64,000 bases of DNA from assembly GCA_965205945.1 (NCBI GenBank), contig CBDBIB010000002.1, positions 1-64,000 of the forward strand. The letters are read 5' to 3'. The position numbers and the translations under genes were made by a program. Source of the DNA: Bdellovibrionales bacterium (GTDB lineage: Bacteria; Bdellovibrionota; Bdellovibrionia; Bdellovibrionales; UBA1609). The notes under the pieces are model-generated. The model saw nothing but the letters and a program-made list of their open reading frames with translations, was not told the origin of the DNA and made no database searches. Below, in pieces: positions 1-11,603 of the stretch (positions are counted from its first letter, which is position 1; every line of letters starts with the position of its first letter).

Positions 1-3000
1 TCAATGATATCTCCTCCATTTGAAATTAAGATTGTTGGAGCTAAAGTATCAATTGCAACATCCACACTTGTTGTACTCTGAGAAGGATTTTCGTATTCAT
101 CTATTGAGCTAATTGTTAAGTTGTTTGGAGAACTAAAACTAACTCCCTGTTCAATGTTTAATTCAAAGTTCTCTAATCCACTTCCAGCACAAATATGTGT
201 TTGTGGATCTGGGTCAATACCATTTCCTGTGATACTTACAATTTCTTGTGCTTCATTACAATTTATTACAAGGTTATATGAAGTTCCTCCTATAACAACT
301 CCTGGAGCTGTTGCAATTGGAGCTGACACTGGACCGTTTTGATCATTTATCGGATTAGGTAAAAAACTTTTGTTATTTCCATTTTGTAATGCTGTTACAC
401 TCATTGGATTTTCTGTTACGCCACTAATATTTAAAAAAGCATTATAAGAACCGTTTACACAATTTACTGTAGAAGACTCATTAGGCGCTCCAACTGTTAC
501 GACTACATCACCTTGACCAGTATCACAATTACCACTTACTGGATATAATAAAGCGTTAAGACTTGTACCTACTGGAGCACTTGTAATTGATAATGTTGTA
601 GCCATGACATTTAAACTGTCACTTTCTGCTTCTAAATTTGAATTTCCAAGAGCGTCTACCACCGCACCTACTGCTACAGTTAAAGTTAATTCTCCTACAC
701 TGGCTCCTGTTACAGTTACTGTACATGGACTTAGAGAACAAGCACCTGAGCTTATTGTTCCTGAACTAGATGTAGGTGTAAATCCTAAAAAACTACTTTC
801 ATCATTTACTGTAACTGTAAATACGGCATCATCTCCTTCAATGATATCTCCTCCATTTGAAATTAAGATTGTTGGAGCTAAAGTATCAATTGCAACATCC
901 ACACTTGTTGTACTCTGAGAAGGATTTTCGTATTCATCTGTTGAACTAATTGTTAAGTTGTTTGGAGAACTAAAACTAACTCCCTGTTCAATGTTTAATT
1001 CAAAGTTCTCTAATCCACTTCCAGCACAAATATGTGTTTGTGGATCTGGGTCAATACCATTTCCTGTGATACTTACAATTTCTTGTGCTTCATTACAATT
1101 TATTACAAGGTTATATGAAGTTCCTCCTATAACAACTCCTGGAGCTGTTGCAATTGGAGCTGACACTGGACCGTTTTGATCATTTATCGGATTAGGTAAA
1201 AAACTTTTGTTATTTCCATTTTGTAATGCTGTTACACTCATTGGATTTTCTGTTACGCCACTAATATTTAAAAAAGCATTATAAGAACCGTTTACACAAT
1301 TTACTGTAGAAGACTCATTAGGCGCTCCAACTGTTACGACTACATCACCTTGACCAGTATCACAATTACCACTTACTGGATATAATAAAGCGTTAAGACT
1401 TGTACCTACTGGAGCACTTGTAATTGATAATGTTGTAGCCATGACATTTAAACTGTCACTTTCTGCTTCTAAATTTGAATTTCCACCAGCATCTACCACC
1501 GTACCTACTGCTACAGTTAAAGTTAATTCTCCTACACTGGCTCCTGTTACAGTTACTGTACATGGACTTAGAGAACAAGCACCTGAGCTTATTGTTCCTG
1601 AACTAGATGTAGGTGTAAATCCTAAAAAACTACTTTCATCATTTACTGTAACTGTAAATACGGCATCATCTCCTTCAATGATATCTCCTCCATTTGAAAT
1701 TAAGATTATTGGAGCTAAAGTATCAATTGCAACATCCACACTTGTTGTACTCTGAGAAGGATTTTCGTATTCATCTATTGAGCTAATTGTTAAGTTGTTT
1801 GGAGAACTAAAACTAACTCCTTGTTCAATGTTTAATTCAAAGTTCTCTAATCCACTTCCAGCACAAATATGTGTTTGTGGATCTGGGTCAATACCATTTC
1901 CTGTGATACTTACAATTTCTTGTGCTTCATTACAATTTATTACAAGGTTATATGAAGTTCCTCCTATAACAACTCCTGGAGCTGTTGCAATTGGAGCTGA
2001 CACTGGACCGTTTTGATCATTTATCGGATTAGGTAAAAAACTTTTGTTATTTCCATTTTGTAATGCTGTTACACTCATTGGATTTTCTGTTACGCCACTA
2101 ATATTTAAAAAAGCATTATAAGAACCGTTTACACAATTTACTGTAGAAGACTCATTAGGCGCTCCAACTGTTACGACTACATCACCTTGACCAGTATCAC
2201 AATTACCACTTACTGGATATAATAAAGCGTTAAGACTTGTACCTACTGGAGCGCTTGTAATTGATAATGTTGTAGCCATGACATTTAAACTGTCACTTTC
2301 TGCTTCTAAATTTGAATTTCCACCAGCATCTACCACCGTACCTACTGCTACAGTTAAAGTTAATTCTCCTACACTGGCTCCTGTTACAGTTACTGTACAT
2401 GGACTTAGAGAACAAGCACCTGAGCTTATCGTTCCTGAGCTAGATGTAGGTGTAAATTCTAAAAAACTACTTTCATCATTTACTGTAACTGTAAATACGG
2501 CATCATCTCCTTCAATAATATCTCCTCCATTTGAAATTAAGATTGTTGGAGCTAAAGTATCAATTGCAACATCCACACTTGTTGTACTCTGAGAAGGATT
2601 TTCGTATTCATCTGTTGAACTAATTGTTAAGTTGTTTGGAGAACTAAAACTAACTCCCTGTTCAATGTTTAATTCAAAGTTCTCTAATCCACTTCCAGCA
2701 CAAATATGTGTTTGTGGATCTGGGTCAATACCATTTCCTGTGATACTTACAATTTCTTGTGCTTCATTACAATTTATTACAAGGTTATATGAAGTTCCTC
2801 CTATAACAACTCCTGGAGCTGTTGCAATTGGAGCTGACACTGGACCGTTTTGATCATTTATCGGATTAGGTAAAAAACTTTTGTTATTTCCATTTTGTAA
2901 TGCTGTTACACTCATTGGATTTTCTGTTACGCCACTAATATTTAAAAAAGCATTATAAGAACCGTTTACACAATTTACTGTAGAAGACTCATTAGGCGCT

Positions 3001-3400
3001 CCAACTGTTACGACTACATCACCTTGACCAGTATCACAATTACCACTTACTGGATATAATAAAGCGTTAAGACTTGTACCTACTGGAGCACTTGTAATTG
3101 ATAATGTTGTAGCCATGACATTTAAACTGTCACTTTCTGCTTCTAAATTTGAATTTCCACCAGCATCTACCACCGTACCTACTGCTACAGTTAAAGTTAA
3201 TTCTCCTACACTGGCTCCTGTTACAGTTACTGTACATGGACTTAGAGAACAAGCACCTGAGCTTATTGTTCCTGAACTAGATGTAGGTGTAAATCCTAAA
3301 AAACTACTTTCATCATTTACTGTAACTGTAAATACGGCATCATCTCCTTCAATGATATCTCCTCCATTTGAAATTAAGATTGTTGGAGCTAAATTATCAA
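1..3400 (-). CDS. Giant repetitive Ig-like adhesin, partial (continuation of the repeat reading frame, runs off the left edge)
   Basis: Same 837-bp units as the 3564..8198 ORF; units are open on the minus strand; absent from the ORF track presumably because no stop is reached inside the window; right boundary approximate. Confidence 0.75.
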
Positions 3401-6400
3401 TTGCAACATAAACACTTGTATGTACTTTGTTGAAGGATTTTCGTATTCATCTACAGAACTTAATTGTTAAGTTGTTTGGAGAACTAAAACTAACTCCCTG
3501 TTCAATGTTTAATTCAAAGTTCTCAAATCCACTTAAGCACAAATATGTGTTTGTAAATCTGGGTCAATGACCATTTCCTGTGATACTTACAATTTCTTGT
3601 GCTTCATTACAATTTATTACAAGGTTATATGAAGTTCCTCCTATAACAACTCCTGGAGCTGTTGCAATTGGAGCTGACACTGGACCGTTTTGATCATTTA
3701 TCGGATTAGGTAAAAAACTTTTGTTATTTCCATTTTGTAATGCTGTTACACTCATTGGATTTTCTGTTACGCCACTAATATTTAAAAAAGCATTATAAGA
3801 ACCGTTTACACAATTTACTGTAGAAGACTCATTAGGCGCTCCAACTGTTACGACTACATCACCTTGACCAGTATCACAATTACCACTTACTGGATATAAT
3901 AAAGCGTTAAGACTTGTACCTACTGGAGCACTTGTAATTGATAATGTTGTAGCCATGACATTTAAACTGTCACTTTCTGCTTCTAAATTTGAATTTCCAC
4001 CAGCATCTACCACCGCACCTACTGCTACAGTTAAAGTTAATTCTCCTACACTGGCTCCTGTTACAGTTACTGTACATGGACTTAGAGAACAAGCACCTGA
4101 GCTTATTGTTCCTGAACTAGATGTAGGTGTAAATCCTAAAAAACTACTTTCATCATTTACTGTAACTGTAAATACGGCATCATCTCCTTCAATAATATCT
4201 CCTCCATTTGAAATTAAGATTGTTGGAGCTAAAGTATCAATTGCAACATCCACACTTGTTGTACTCTGAGAAGGATTTTCGTATTCATCTGTTGAACTAA
4301 TTGTTAAGTTGTTTGGAGAACTAAAACTAACTCCCTGTTCAATGTTTAATTCAAAGTTCTCTAATCCACTTCCAGCACAAATATGTGTTTGTGGATCTGG
4401 GTCAATACCATTTCCTGTGATACTTACAATTTCTTGTGCTTCATTACAATTTATTACAAGGTTATATGAAGTTCCTCCTATAACAACTCCTGGAGCTGTT
4501 GCAATTGGAGCTGACACTGGACCGTTTTGATCATTTATCGGATTAGGTAAAAAACTTTTGTTATTTCCATTTTGTAATGCTGTTACACTCATTGGATTTT
4601 CTGTTACGCCACTAATATTTAAAAAAGCATTATAAGAACCGTTTACACAATTTACTGTAGAAGACTCATTAGGCGCTCCAACTGTTACGACTACATCACC
4701 TTGACCAGTATCACAATTACCACTTACTGGATATAATAAAGCGTTAAGACTTGTACCTACTGGAGCACTTGTAATTGATAATGTTGTAGCCATGACATTT
4801 AAACTGTCACTTTCTGCTTCTAAATTTGAATTTCCACCAGCATCTACCACCGTACCTACTGCTACAGTTAAAGTTAATTCTCCTACACTGGCTCCTGTTA
4901 CAGTTACTGTACATGGACTTAGAGAACAAGCACCTGAGCTTATTGTTCCTGAACTAGATGTAGGTGTAAATCCTAAAAAACTACTTTCATCATTTACTGT
5001 AACTGTAAATACGGCATCATCTCCTTCAATAATATCTCCTCCATTTGAAATTAAGATTGTTGGAGCTAAAGTATCAATTGCAACATCCACACTTGTTGTA
5101 CTCTGAGAAGGATTTTCGTATTCATCTGTTGAACTAATTGTTAAGTTGTTTGGAGAACTAAAACTAACTCCCTGTTCAATGTTTAATTCAAAGTTCTCTA
5201 ATCCACTTCCAGCACAAATATGTGTTTGTGGATCTGGGTCAATACCATTTCCTGTGATACTTACAATTTCTTGTGCTTCATTACAATTTATTACAAGGTT
5301 ATATGAAGTTCCTCCTATAACAACTCCTGGAGCTGTTGCAATTGGAGCTGACACTGGACCGTTTTGATCATTTATCGGATTAGGTAAAAAACTTTTGTTA
5401 TTTCCATTTTGTAATGCTGTTACACTCATTGGATTTTCTGTTACGCCACTAATATTTAAAAAAGCATTATAAGAACCGTTTACACAATTTACTGTAGAAG
5501 ACTCATTAGGCGCTCCAACTGTTACGACTACATCACCTTGACCAGTATCACAATTACCACTTACTGGATATAATAAAGCGTTAAGACTTGTACCTACTGG
5601 AGCACTTGTAATTGATAATGTTGTAGCCATGACATTTAAACTGTCACTTTCTGCTTCTAAATTTGAATTTCCACCAGCATCTACCACCGTACCTACTGCT
5701 ACAGTTAAAGTTAATTCTCCTACACTGGCTCCTGTTACAGTTACTGTACATGGACTTAGAGAACAAGCACCTGAGCTTATTGTTCCTGAACTAGATGTAG
5801 GTGTAAATCCTAAAAAACTACTTTCATCATTTACTGTAACTGTAAATACGGCATCATCTCCTTCAATGATATCTCCTCCATTTGAAATTAAGATTGTTGG
5901 AGCTAAAGTATCAATTGCAACATCCACACTTGTTGTACTCTGAGAAGGATTTTCGTATTCATCTGTTGAACTAATTGTTAAGTTGTTTGGAGAACTAAAA
6001 CTAACTCCCTGTTCAATGTTTAATTCAAAGTTCTCTAATCCACTTCCAGCACAAATATGTGTTTGTGGATCTGGGTCAATACCATTTCCTGTGATACTTA
6101 CAATTTCTTGTGCTTCATTACAATTTATTACAAGGTTATATGAAGTTCCTCCTATAACAACTCCTGGAGCTGTTGCAATTGGAGCTGACACTGGACCGTT
6201 TTGATCATTTATCGGATTAGGTAAAAAACTTTTGTTATTTCCATTTTGTAATGCTGTTACACTCATTGGATTTTCTGTTACGCCACTAATATTTAAAAAA
6301 GCATTATAAGAACCGTTTACACAATTTACTGTAGAAGACTCATTAGGCGCTCCAACTGTTACGACTACATCACCTTGACCAGTATCACAATTACCACTTA

Positions 6401-8185
6401 CTGGATATAATAAAGCGTTAAGACTTGTACCTACTGGAGCACTTGTAATTGATAATGTTGTAGCCATGACATTTAAACTGTCACTTTCTGCTTCTAAATT
6501 TGAATTTCCACCAGCATCTACCACCGTACCTACTGCTACAGTTAAAGTTAATTCTCCTACACTGGCTCCTGTTACAGTTACTGTACATGGACTTAGAGAA
6601 CAAGCACCTGAGCTTATCGTTCCTGAACTAGATGTAGGTGTAAATTCTAAAAAACTACTTTCATCATTTACTGTAACTGTAAATACGGCATCATCTCCTT
6701 CAATGATATCTCCTCCATTTGAAATTAAGATTGTTGGAGCTAAAGTATCAATTGCAACATCCACACTTGTTGTACTCTGAGAAGGATTTTCGTATTCATC
6801 TGTTGAACTAATTGTTAAGTTGTTTGGAGAACTAAAACTAACTCCCTGTTCAATGTTTAATTCAAAGTTCTCTAATCCACTTCCAGCACAAATATGTGTT
6901 TGTGGATCTGGGTCAATACCATTTCCTGTGATACTTACAATTTCTTGTGCTTCATTACAATTTATTACAAGGTTATATGAAGTTCCTCCTATAACAACTC
7001 CTGGAGCTGTTGCAATTGGAGCTGACACTGGACCGTTTTGATCATTTATCGGATTAGGTAAAAAACTTTTGTTATTTCCATTTTGTAATGCTGTTACACT
7101 CATTGGATTTTCTGTTACGCCACTAATATTTAAAAAAGCATTATAAGAACCGTTTACACAATTTACTGTAGAAGACTCATTAGGCGCTCCAACTGTTACG
7201 ACTACATCACCTTGACCAGTATCACAATTACCACTTACTGGATATAATAAAGCGTTAAGACTTGTACCTACTGGAGCACTTGTAATTGATAATGTTGTAG
7301 CCATGACATTTAAACTGTCACTTTCTGCTTCTAAATTTGAATTTCCACCAGCATCTACCACCGTACCTACTGCTACAGTTAAAGTTAATTCTCCTACACT
7401 GGCTCCTGTTACAGTTACTGTACATGGACTTAGAGAACAAGCACCTGAGCTTATCGTTCCTGAGCTAGATGTAGGTGTAAATCCTAAAAAACTACTTTCA
7501 TCATTTACTGTAACTGTAAATACGGCATCATCTCCTTCAATGATATCTCCTCCATTTGAAATTAAGATTGTTGGAGCTAAAGTATCAATTGCAACATCCA
7601 CACTTGTTGTACTCTGAGAAGGATTTTCGTATTCATCTGTTGAACTAATTGTTAAGTTGTTTGGAGAACTAAAACTAACTCCCTGTTTAATGTTTAATTC
7701 AAAGTTCTCTAATCCACTTCCAGCACAAATATGTGTTTGTGGATCTGGGTCAATACCATTTCCTGTGATACTTACAATTTCTTGTGCTTCATTACAATTT
7801 ATTACAAGGTTATATGAAGTTCCTCCTATAACAACTCCTGGAGCTGTTGCAATTGGAGCTGACACTGGACCGTTTTGATCATTTATCGGATTAGGTAAAA
7901 AACTTTTGTTATTTCCATTTTGTAATGCTGTTACACTCATTGGATTTTCTGTTACGCCACTAATATTTAAAAAAGCATTATAAGAACCGTTTACACAATT
8001 TACTGTAGAAGACTCATTAGGCGCTCCAACTGTTACGACTACATCACCTTGACCAGTATCACAATTACCACTTACTGGATATAATAAAGCGTTAAGACTT
8101 GTACCTACTGGAGCGCTTGTAATTGATAATGTTGTAGCCATGACATTTAAACTGTCACTTTCTGCTTCTAAATTTGAATTTCCAC
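1..8185 (-). repeat. Tandem array of about 9.8 near-identical 837-bp units (279 aa each on the minus strand)
   Basis: Identical landmarks recur at 604, 1441, 2278, 3115, 3955, 4792, 5629, 6466, 7303 (spacing 837, once 840); only scattered SNPs between copies. Confidence 0.97.
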
Positions 8186-8198
8186 CAGCATCTACCAC
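3564..8198 (-). CDS. Giant repetitive Ig-like adhesin fragment (no signal peptide; ends at an indel cluster)
   Basis: 1544-aa ORF made of 279-aa T/S/G/N/V-rich units with paired cysteines and DAGGN / DTLAPT motifs typical of bacterial Ig-like repeats. Confidence 0.8.
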   Translation of the reverse strand: MVDAGGNSNLEAESDSLNVMATTLSITSAPVGTSLNALLYPVSGNCDTGQGDVVVTVGAPNESSTVNCVNGSYNAFLNISGVTENPMSVTALQNGNNKSFLPNPINDQNGPVSAPIATAPGVVIGGTSYNLVINCNEAQEIVSITGNGIDPDPQTHICAGSGLENFELNIKQGVSFSSPNNLTISSTDEYENPSQSTTSVDVAIDTLAPTILISNGGDIIEGDDAVFTVTVNDESSFLGFTPTSSSGTISSGACSLSPCTVTVTGASVGELTLTVAVGTVVDAGGNSNLEAESDSLNVMATTLSITSAPVGTSLNALLYPVSGNCDTGQGDVVVTVGAPNESSTVNCVNGSYNAFLNISGVTENPMSVTALQNGNNKSFLPNPINDQNGPVSAPIATAPGVVIGGTSYNLVINCNEAQEIVSITGNGIDPDPQTHICAGSGLENFELNIEQGVSFSSPNNLTISSTDEYENPSQSTTSVDVAIDTLAPTILISNGGDIIEGDDAVFTVTVNDESSFLEFTPTSSSGTISSGACSLSPCTVTVTGASVGELTLTVAVGTVVDAGGNSNLEAESDSLNVMATTLSITSAPVGTSLNALLYPVSGNCDTGQGDVVVTVGAPNESSTVNCVNGSYNAFLNISGVTENPMSVTALQNGNNKSFLPNPINDQNGPVSAPIATAPGVVIGGTSYNLVINCNEAQEIVSITGNGIDPDPQTHICAGSGLENFELNIEQGVSFSSPNNLTISSTDEYENPSQSTTSVDVAIDTLAPTILISNGGDIIEGDDAVFTVTVNDESSFLGFTPTSSSGTISSGACSLSPCTVTVTGASVGELTLTVAVGTVVDAGGNSNLEAESDSLNVMATTLSITSAPVGTSLNALLYPVSGNCDTGQGDVVVTVGAPNESSTVNCVNGSYNAFLNISGVTENPMSVTALQNGNNKSFLPNPINDQNGPVSAPIATAPGVVIGGTSYNLVINCNEAQEIVSITGNGIDPDPQTHICAGSGLENFELNIEQGVSFSSPNNLTISSTDEYENPSQSTTSVDVAIDTLAPTILISNGGDIIEGDDAVFTVTVNDESSFLGFTPTSSSGTISSGACSLSPCTVTVTGASVGELTLTVAVGTVVDAGGNSNLEAESDSLNVMATTLSITSAPVGTSLNALLYPVSGNCDTGQGDVVVTVGAPNESSTVNCVNGSYNAFLNISGVTENPMSVTALQNGNNKSFLPNPINDQNGPVSAPIATAPGVVIGGTSYNLVINCNEAQEIVSITGNGIDPDPQTHICAGSGLENFELNIEQGVSFSSPNNLTISSTDEYENPSQSTTSVDVAIDTLAPTILISNGGDIIEGDDAVFTVTVNDESSFLGFTPTSSSGTISSGACSLSPCTVTVTGASVGELTLTVAVGAVVDAGGNSNLEAESDSLNVMATTLSITSAPVGTSLNALLYPVSGNCDTGQGDVVVTVGAPNESSTVNCVNGSYNAFLNISGVTENPMSVTALQNGNNKSFLPNPINDQNGPVSAPIATAPGVVIGGTSYNLVINCNEAQEIVSITGNGH

Positions 8199-8243
8199 CG
8201 TGGAAATTCAAATTTAGAAGCAGAAAGTGACAGTTTAAATGTC

Positions 8244-10592
8244 ATGGCTACAACATTATCAATTACAAGTGCTCCAGTAGGTACAAGTCTTAACGCTTTA
8301 TTATATCCAGTAAGTGGTAATTGTGATACTGGTCAAGGTGATGTAGTCGTAACAGTTGGAACGCCTAATGAGTCTTCTACAGTAAATTGTGTAAACGGTT
8401 CTTATAATGCTTTTTTAAATATTAGTGGCGTAACAGAAAATCCAATGAGTGTAACAGCATTACAAAATGGAAATAACAAAAGTTTTTTACCTAATCCGAT
8501 AAATGATCAAAACGGTCCAGTGTCAGCTCCAATTGCAACAGCTCCAGGAGTTGTTATAGGAGGAACTTCATATAACCTTGCAATAAATTGTAATGAAGCA
8601 CAAGAAATTGTAAGTATCACAGGAAATGGTATTGATCCAGATCCACAAACACATATTTGTGCTGGAAGTGGATTAGAGAACTTTGAATTAAACATTAAAC
8701 AGGGAGTTAGTTTTAGTTCTCCAAACAACTTAACAATTAGTTCAACAGATGAATACGAAAATCCTTCTCAGAGTACAACAAGTGTGGATGTTGCAATTGA
8801 TACTTTAGCTCCAACAATCTTAATTTCAAATGGAGGAGATATCATTGAAGGGCAAACAGCAAGTTTTACAATCACTGTTACAGACGATAATATTACAGGC
8901 TTAAACTATACTCCAACTATAAGTTCAGGAACTTTAAATCCAAGCACTTGTACAATGAACCCTTGTAATATAACTACAGAGATTATTTCCTTAGCAGGTC
9001 AGCTAACGTTAACTGTACCAGCCTATTCTGTAATAGATGATGTTGGCAATACTGGGGATGCAGTTCTTAAATCTAGCAAGCTTATAGTAATAAAAAATCT
9101 GTCACCAAGAATTACAAATGTAAGTATCGAATCTACCGATAATGATGCTGACTCATGGTATGAAAACTCCGATACAATTACAATTGCTGTTCAATTTGAT
9201 GAAGTTGTGACCGTGAGTACAGCAGGTGGAACACCAAGTATTCTTGTGAAACTTACTAGTGGTACAAAAACTGCTATCTATACTACAGGTACAGGTACAA
9301 ATACTTTAAGCTTTAATTTTACGGTATCAAATGGTGATGAGCAGTGTGATGGAAACCTATTGTTAGGAAGTTTAGCTTTAAATGGTGGAACAATAAAAGA
9401 TACTCTTGGAAAAGATTCTAATAATTCTGAATTGGCTTTGAGTGTATTGGGGGCTCAAGTGGATGCAGTTAAGCCGTCCCTTGGATCCGTACTTATTAAT
9501 ACTAATAATAGTTATGATGATAGATCAGCAACAGTTTCTTGGAAAAAATTTGATAGCTGTGGAGTTACTACTGTAAAAAAATCAATTGGAGGTCATGATG
9601 GTTCTACGTGTAATGATCCATCATCTATTTTGCCATATGAAAATCTTGGTGACTTAAGTTCGTTTCAAGCGCAATCAGGGATTTCACCTTTTAATACTTT
9701 TAAGTTATATGAAGGAGTAAAATACTGTTCTTCAGTTATTGCTATAGATCAAGCTGGAAATGAATCTGATCCTTTAGAAAGTCCTTTTTGGAATTATTAT
9801 AAGAGTTGTAATTCTCATCGTGTTGGTGGAGCTACTGTATCCGGTACGTACACAATACATAATAATGTAGATCTAGGTCCAATCTCAGTTTATTGTGATA
9901 TGGTTACCCAAGGTGGCGGTTGGACACTTGTTATTAGATATGATAAAAATAATGCCTCAAGCTCATTGTATAATTTACCGGTTGGCTCAGGACAAACAAA
10001 TATTAATCTAGCAGACATGTCTACAATTGTAGCTACATCGAATATGTCAGCAAGCATAGATATAGCTCCGTTTATATCAAATGGAGCAACGCATTTTATG
10101 CATGTAGGAACTACAAGCGGTAGTGTATCTTATGATAGAACTTATTTTAGTGAAATCTACCAAGCCGTCATTGACGTTCCTGAAAATATTTTTGAACTCA
10201 AATTTGATACTAATGATTCTGAGAATGTTACGGGTACCTCTAGAAATTGGAGTGCAACTCTTAAGAACAGGTGGTATGACAGTGATTTTAGTGTGATGAC
10301 TAATACGCAGTCTAATAGGATCATTAATAATGATAACAGTAAACGCGCTATAGACGGAGGAGAGGGTCAAGGTATGTGGACTAATGGCTCTAGAGAGGGT
10401 GCTCTTTATAGTAGTGGAGTAAATAATACTAGCATAATGGGCCATATAAACCCAAAAGTTCAATGGGGTTTTATTGGTAAAGATGGAACTCAACAAAGAT
10501 ATGGGGGCTTAATACATGTCGGTACATATTGTAGAAATGATTTAAATGTATGTGTCCCTCCTTCTAGGATGAACTTAATGTTTGTTAGGTAA
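8244..10592 (+). CDS. C-terminal part of giant adhesin: partial repeat unit, further Ig-like domains, fibrinogen-like YCDxxxxGGGW domain
   Basis: First ~200 aa equal the repeat unit; C-terminal SC...SGTYTI...VYCDMVTQGGGWTLV motif; no signal peptide, so the N-terminus is missing. Confidence 0.85.
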   Translation: MATTLSITSAPVGTSLNALLYPVSGNCDTGQGDVVVTVGTPNESSTVNCVNGSYNAFLNISGVTENPMSVTALQNGNNKSFLPNPINDQNGPVSAPIATAPGVVIGGTSYNLAINCNEAQEIVSITGNGIDPDPQTHICAGSGLENFELNIKQGVSFSSPNNLTISSTDEYENPSQSTTSVDVAIDTLAPTILISNGGDIIEGQTASFTITVTDDNITGLNYTPTISSGTLNPSTCTMNPCNITTEIISLAGQLTLTVPAYSVIDDVGNTGDAVLKSSKLIVIKNLSPRITNVSIESTDNDADSWYENSDTITIAVQFDEVVTVSTAGGTPSILVKLTSGTKTAIYTTGTGTNTLSFNFTVSNGDEQCDGNLLLGSLALNGGTIKDTLGKDSNNSELALSVLGAQVDAVKPSLGSVLINTNNSYDDRSATVSWKKFDSCGVTTVKKSIGGHDGSTCNDPSSILPYENLGDLSSFQAQSGISPFNTFKLYEGVKYCSSVIAIDQAGNESDPLESPFWNYYKSCNSHRVGGATVSGTYTIHNNVDLGPISVYCDMVTQGGGWTLVIRYDKNNASSSLYNLPVGSGQTNINLADMSTIVATSNMSASIDIAPFISNGATHFMHVGTTSGSVSYDRTYFSEIYQAVIDVPENIFELKFDTNDSENVTGTSRNWSATLKNRWYDSDFSVMTNTQSNRIINNDNSKRAIDGGEGQGMWTNGSREGALYSSGVNNTSIMGHINPKVQWGFIGKDGTQQRYGGLIHVGTYCRNDLNVCVPPSRMNLMFVR

Positions 10593-10895
10593 AAATATAT
10601 ATCTAGTAATTTTGCTATTTACCTTTGAAGTTAGATTAATAACTAGCAAAAGGGGAGTGGGGTTAGTCAAGACATCTACATAATGAGTAAAATTAATATT
10701 TAATCAAGTTGTTTTAGAAGGTGAGAATATAGATTTTTTTAAAGTGCGGCATACTTAAATCCTATAGCTTTATTAGTGAGAGTTTTTTAAAAAATTATAT
10801 AAAATGGTTGTAGAATAAAATAACCAAAAAAAGAAAATTTAGAAAAAGAACTTATTCAAATTAAGAAAAATTTGAATAAGTTAGATATTTTATTT

Positions 10896-11527
10896 GAGTC
10901 TATAAATTAAATTGTGTAACTGCCTAACAATGTACTAGGATTAAGCACCCTAAGGAGTAAGCAGAATGAATATAGAAAAAATAGGCAAAGAACTTGCCAA
11001 GAACGTAAAAACATAAAAAGATTTATCAGATATTACAGGTCAACTTATGAAAGTTGTCTTAGAATCTGCTCTAAATACAGAATTAAACGATCATTTAGGG
11101 TATTTTAAAAATATCAAATCTGAATTTAGAAAAACTAACACTAGAAACGGTTTTAGTAAAAAAACGATTAAGAGCGAAAAAGGTGAGCTTGAACTCAAGA
11201 CTCCCCGTGATAGGGAGGCTAGCTTTGAGCCACAAATTGTTCCTAAAGGTAAAACTCGGATGGAAGGTTTTTAAGAAAAATATTTTACACAACAAATGCA
11301 ATTGAATCCTTAAATTCAGTAATAAGAAAGGCTATTTAAAACAGGAAAATCTTTCTAAATGCAGCAATCTGCACTAAGAATTATTTATTTAGCTGTTATG
11401 AATGCATCTAAGAAATGGACCATGCCTTTAAGGGATTGGAAACCTGCTATGAACAGGTTTGCCATTGAATACGGCGATAGATTTGATAAAAATTAAATCG
11501 TAGTTACACAATTTAATTTACAGGCTC
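10896..11527 (+). mobile_element. Internally deleted IS256-family element (632 bp) with both terminal inverted repeats
   Basis: 26-bp IRs gagtctataaattaaattgtgtaact (10896-10921) and agttacacaatttaatttacaggctc (11502-11527), 2 mismatches; transposase N-terminal (ELNDHLGY..RNG..PRDREASFEPQIVPK) and C-terminal (YTTNAIES..KKWTMPLRDW..MNRFAI) fragments. Confidence 0.9.
10966..11496 (+). pseudogene. IS256-family transposase pseudogene
   Basis: In-frame stops, frameshifts and loss of the central part; N- and C-terminal motifs are juxtaposed near 11275. Confidence 0.88.
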
Positions 11528-11603
11528 TGATAATTTTAGTGTTAGATTTAGTTTTTTCTACAATTTATTAGCAAGTAATTTTTTCTATTTGTATATTCAT
11601 GGT

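Noticed and set aside
121..7878. Repeated 73-aa and 104-aa plus-strand ORFs (and the minus-strand copy at 8507..8728)
   Set aside because: Antisense shadows of the adhesin repeat; they recur only because the unit repeats
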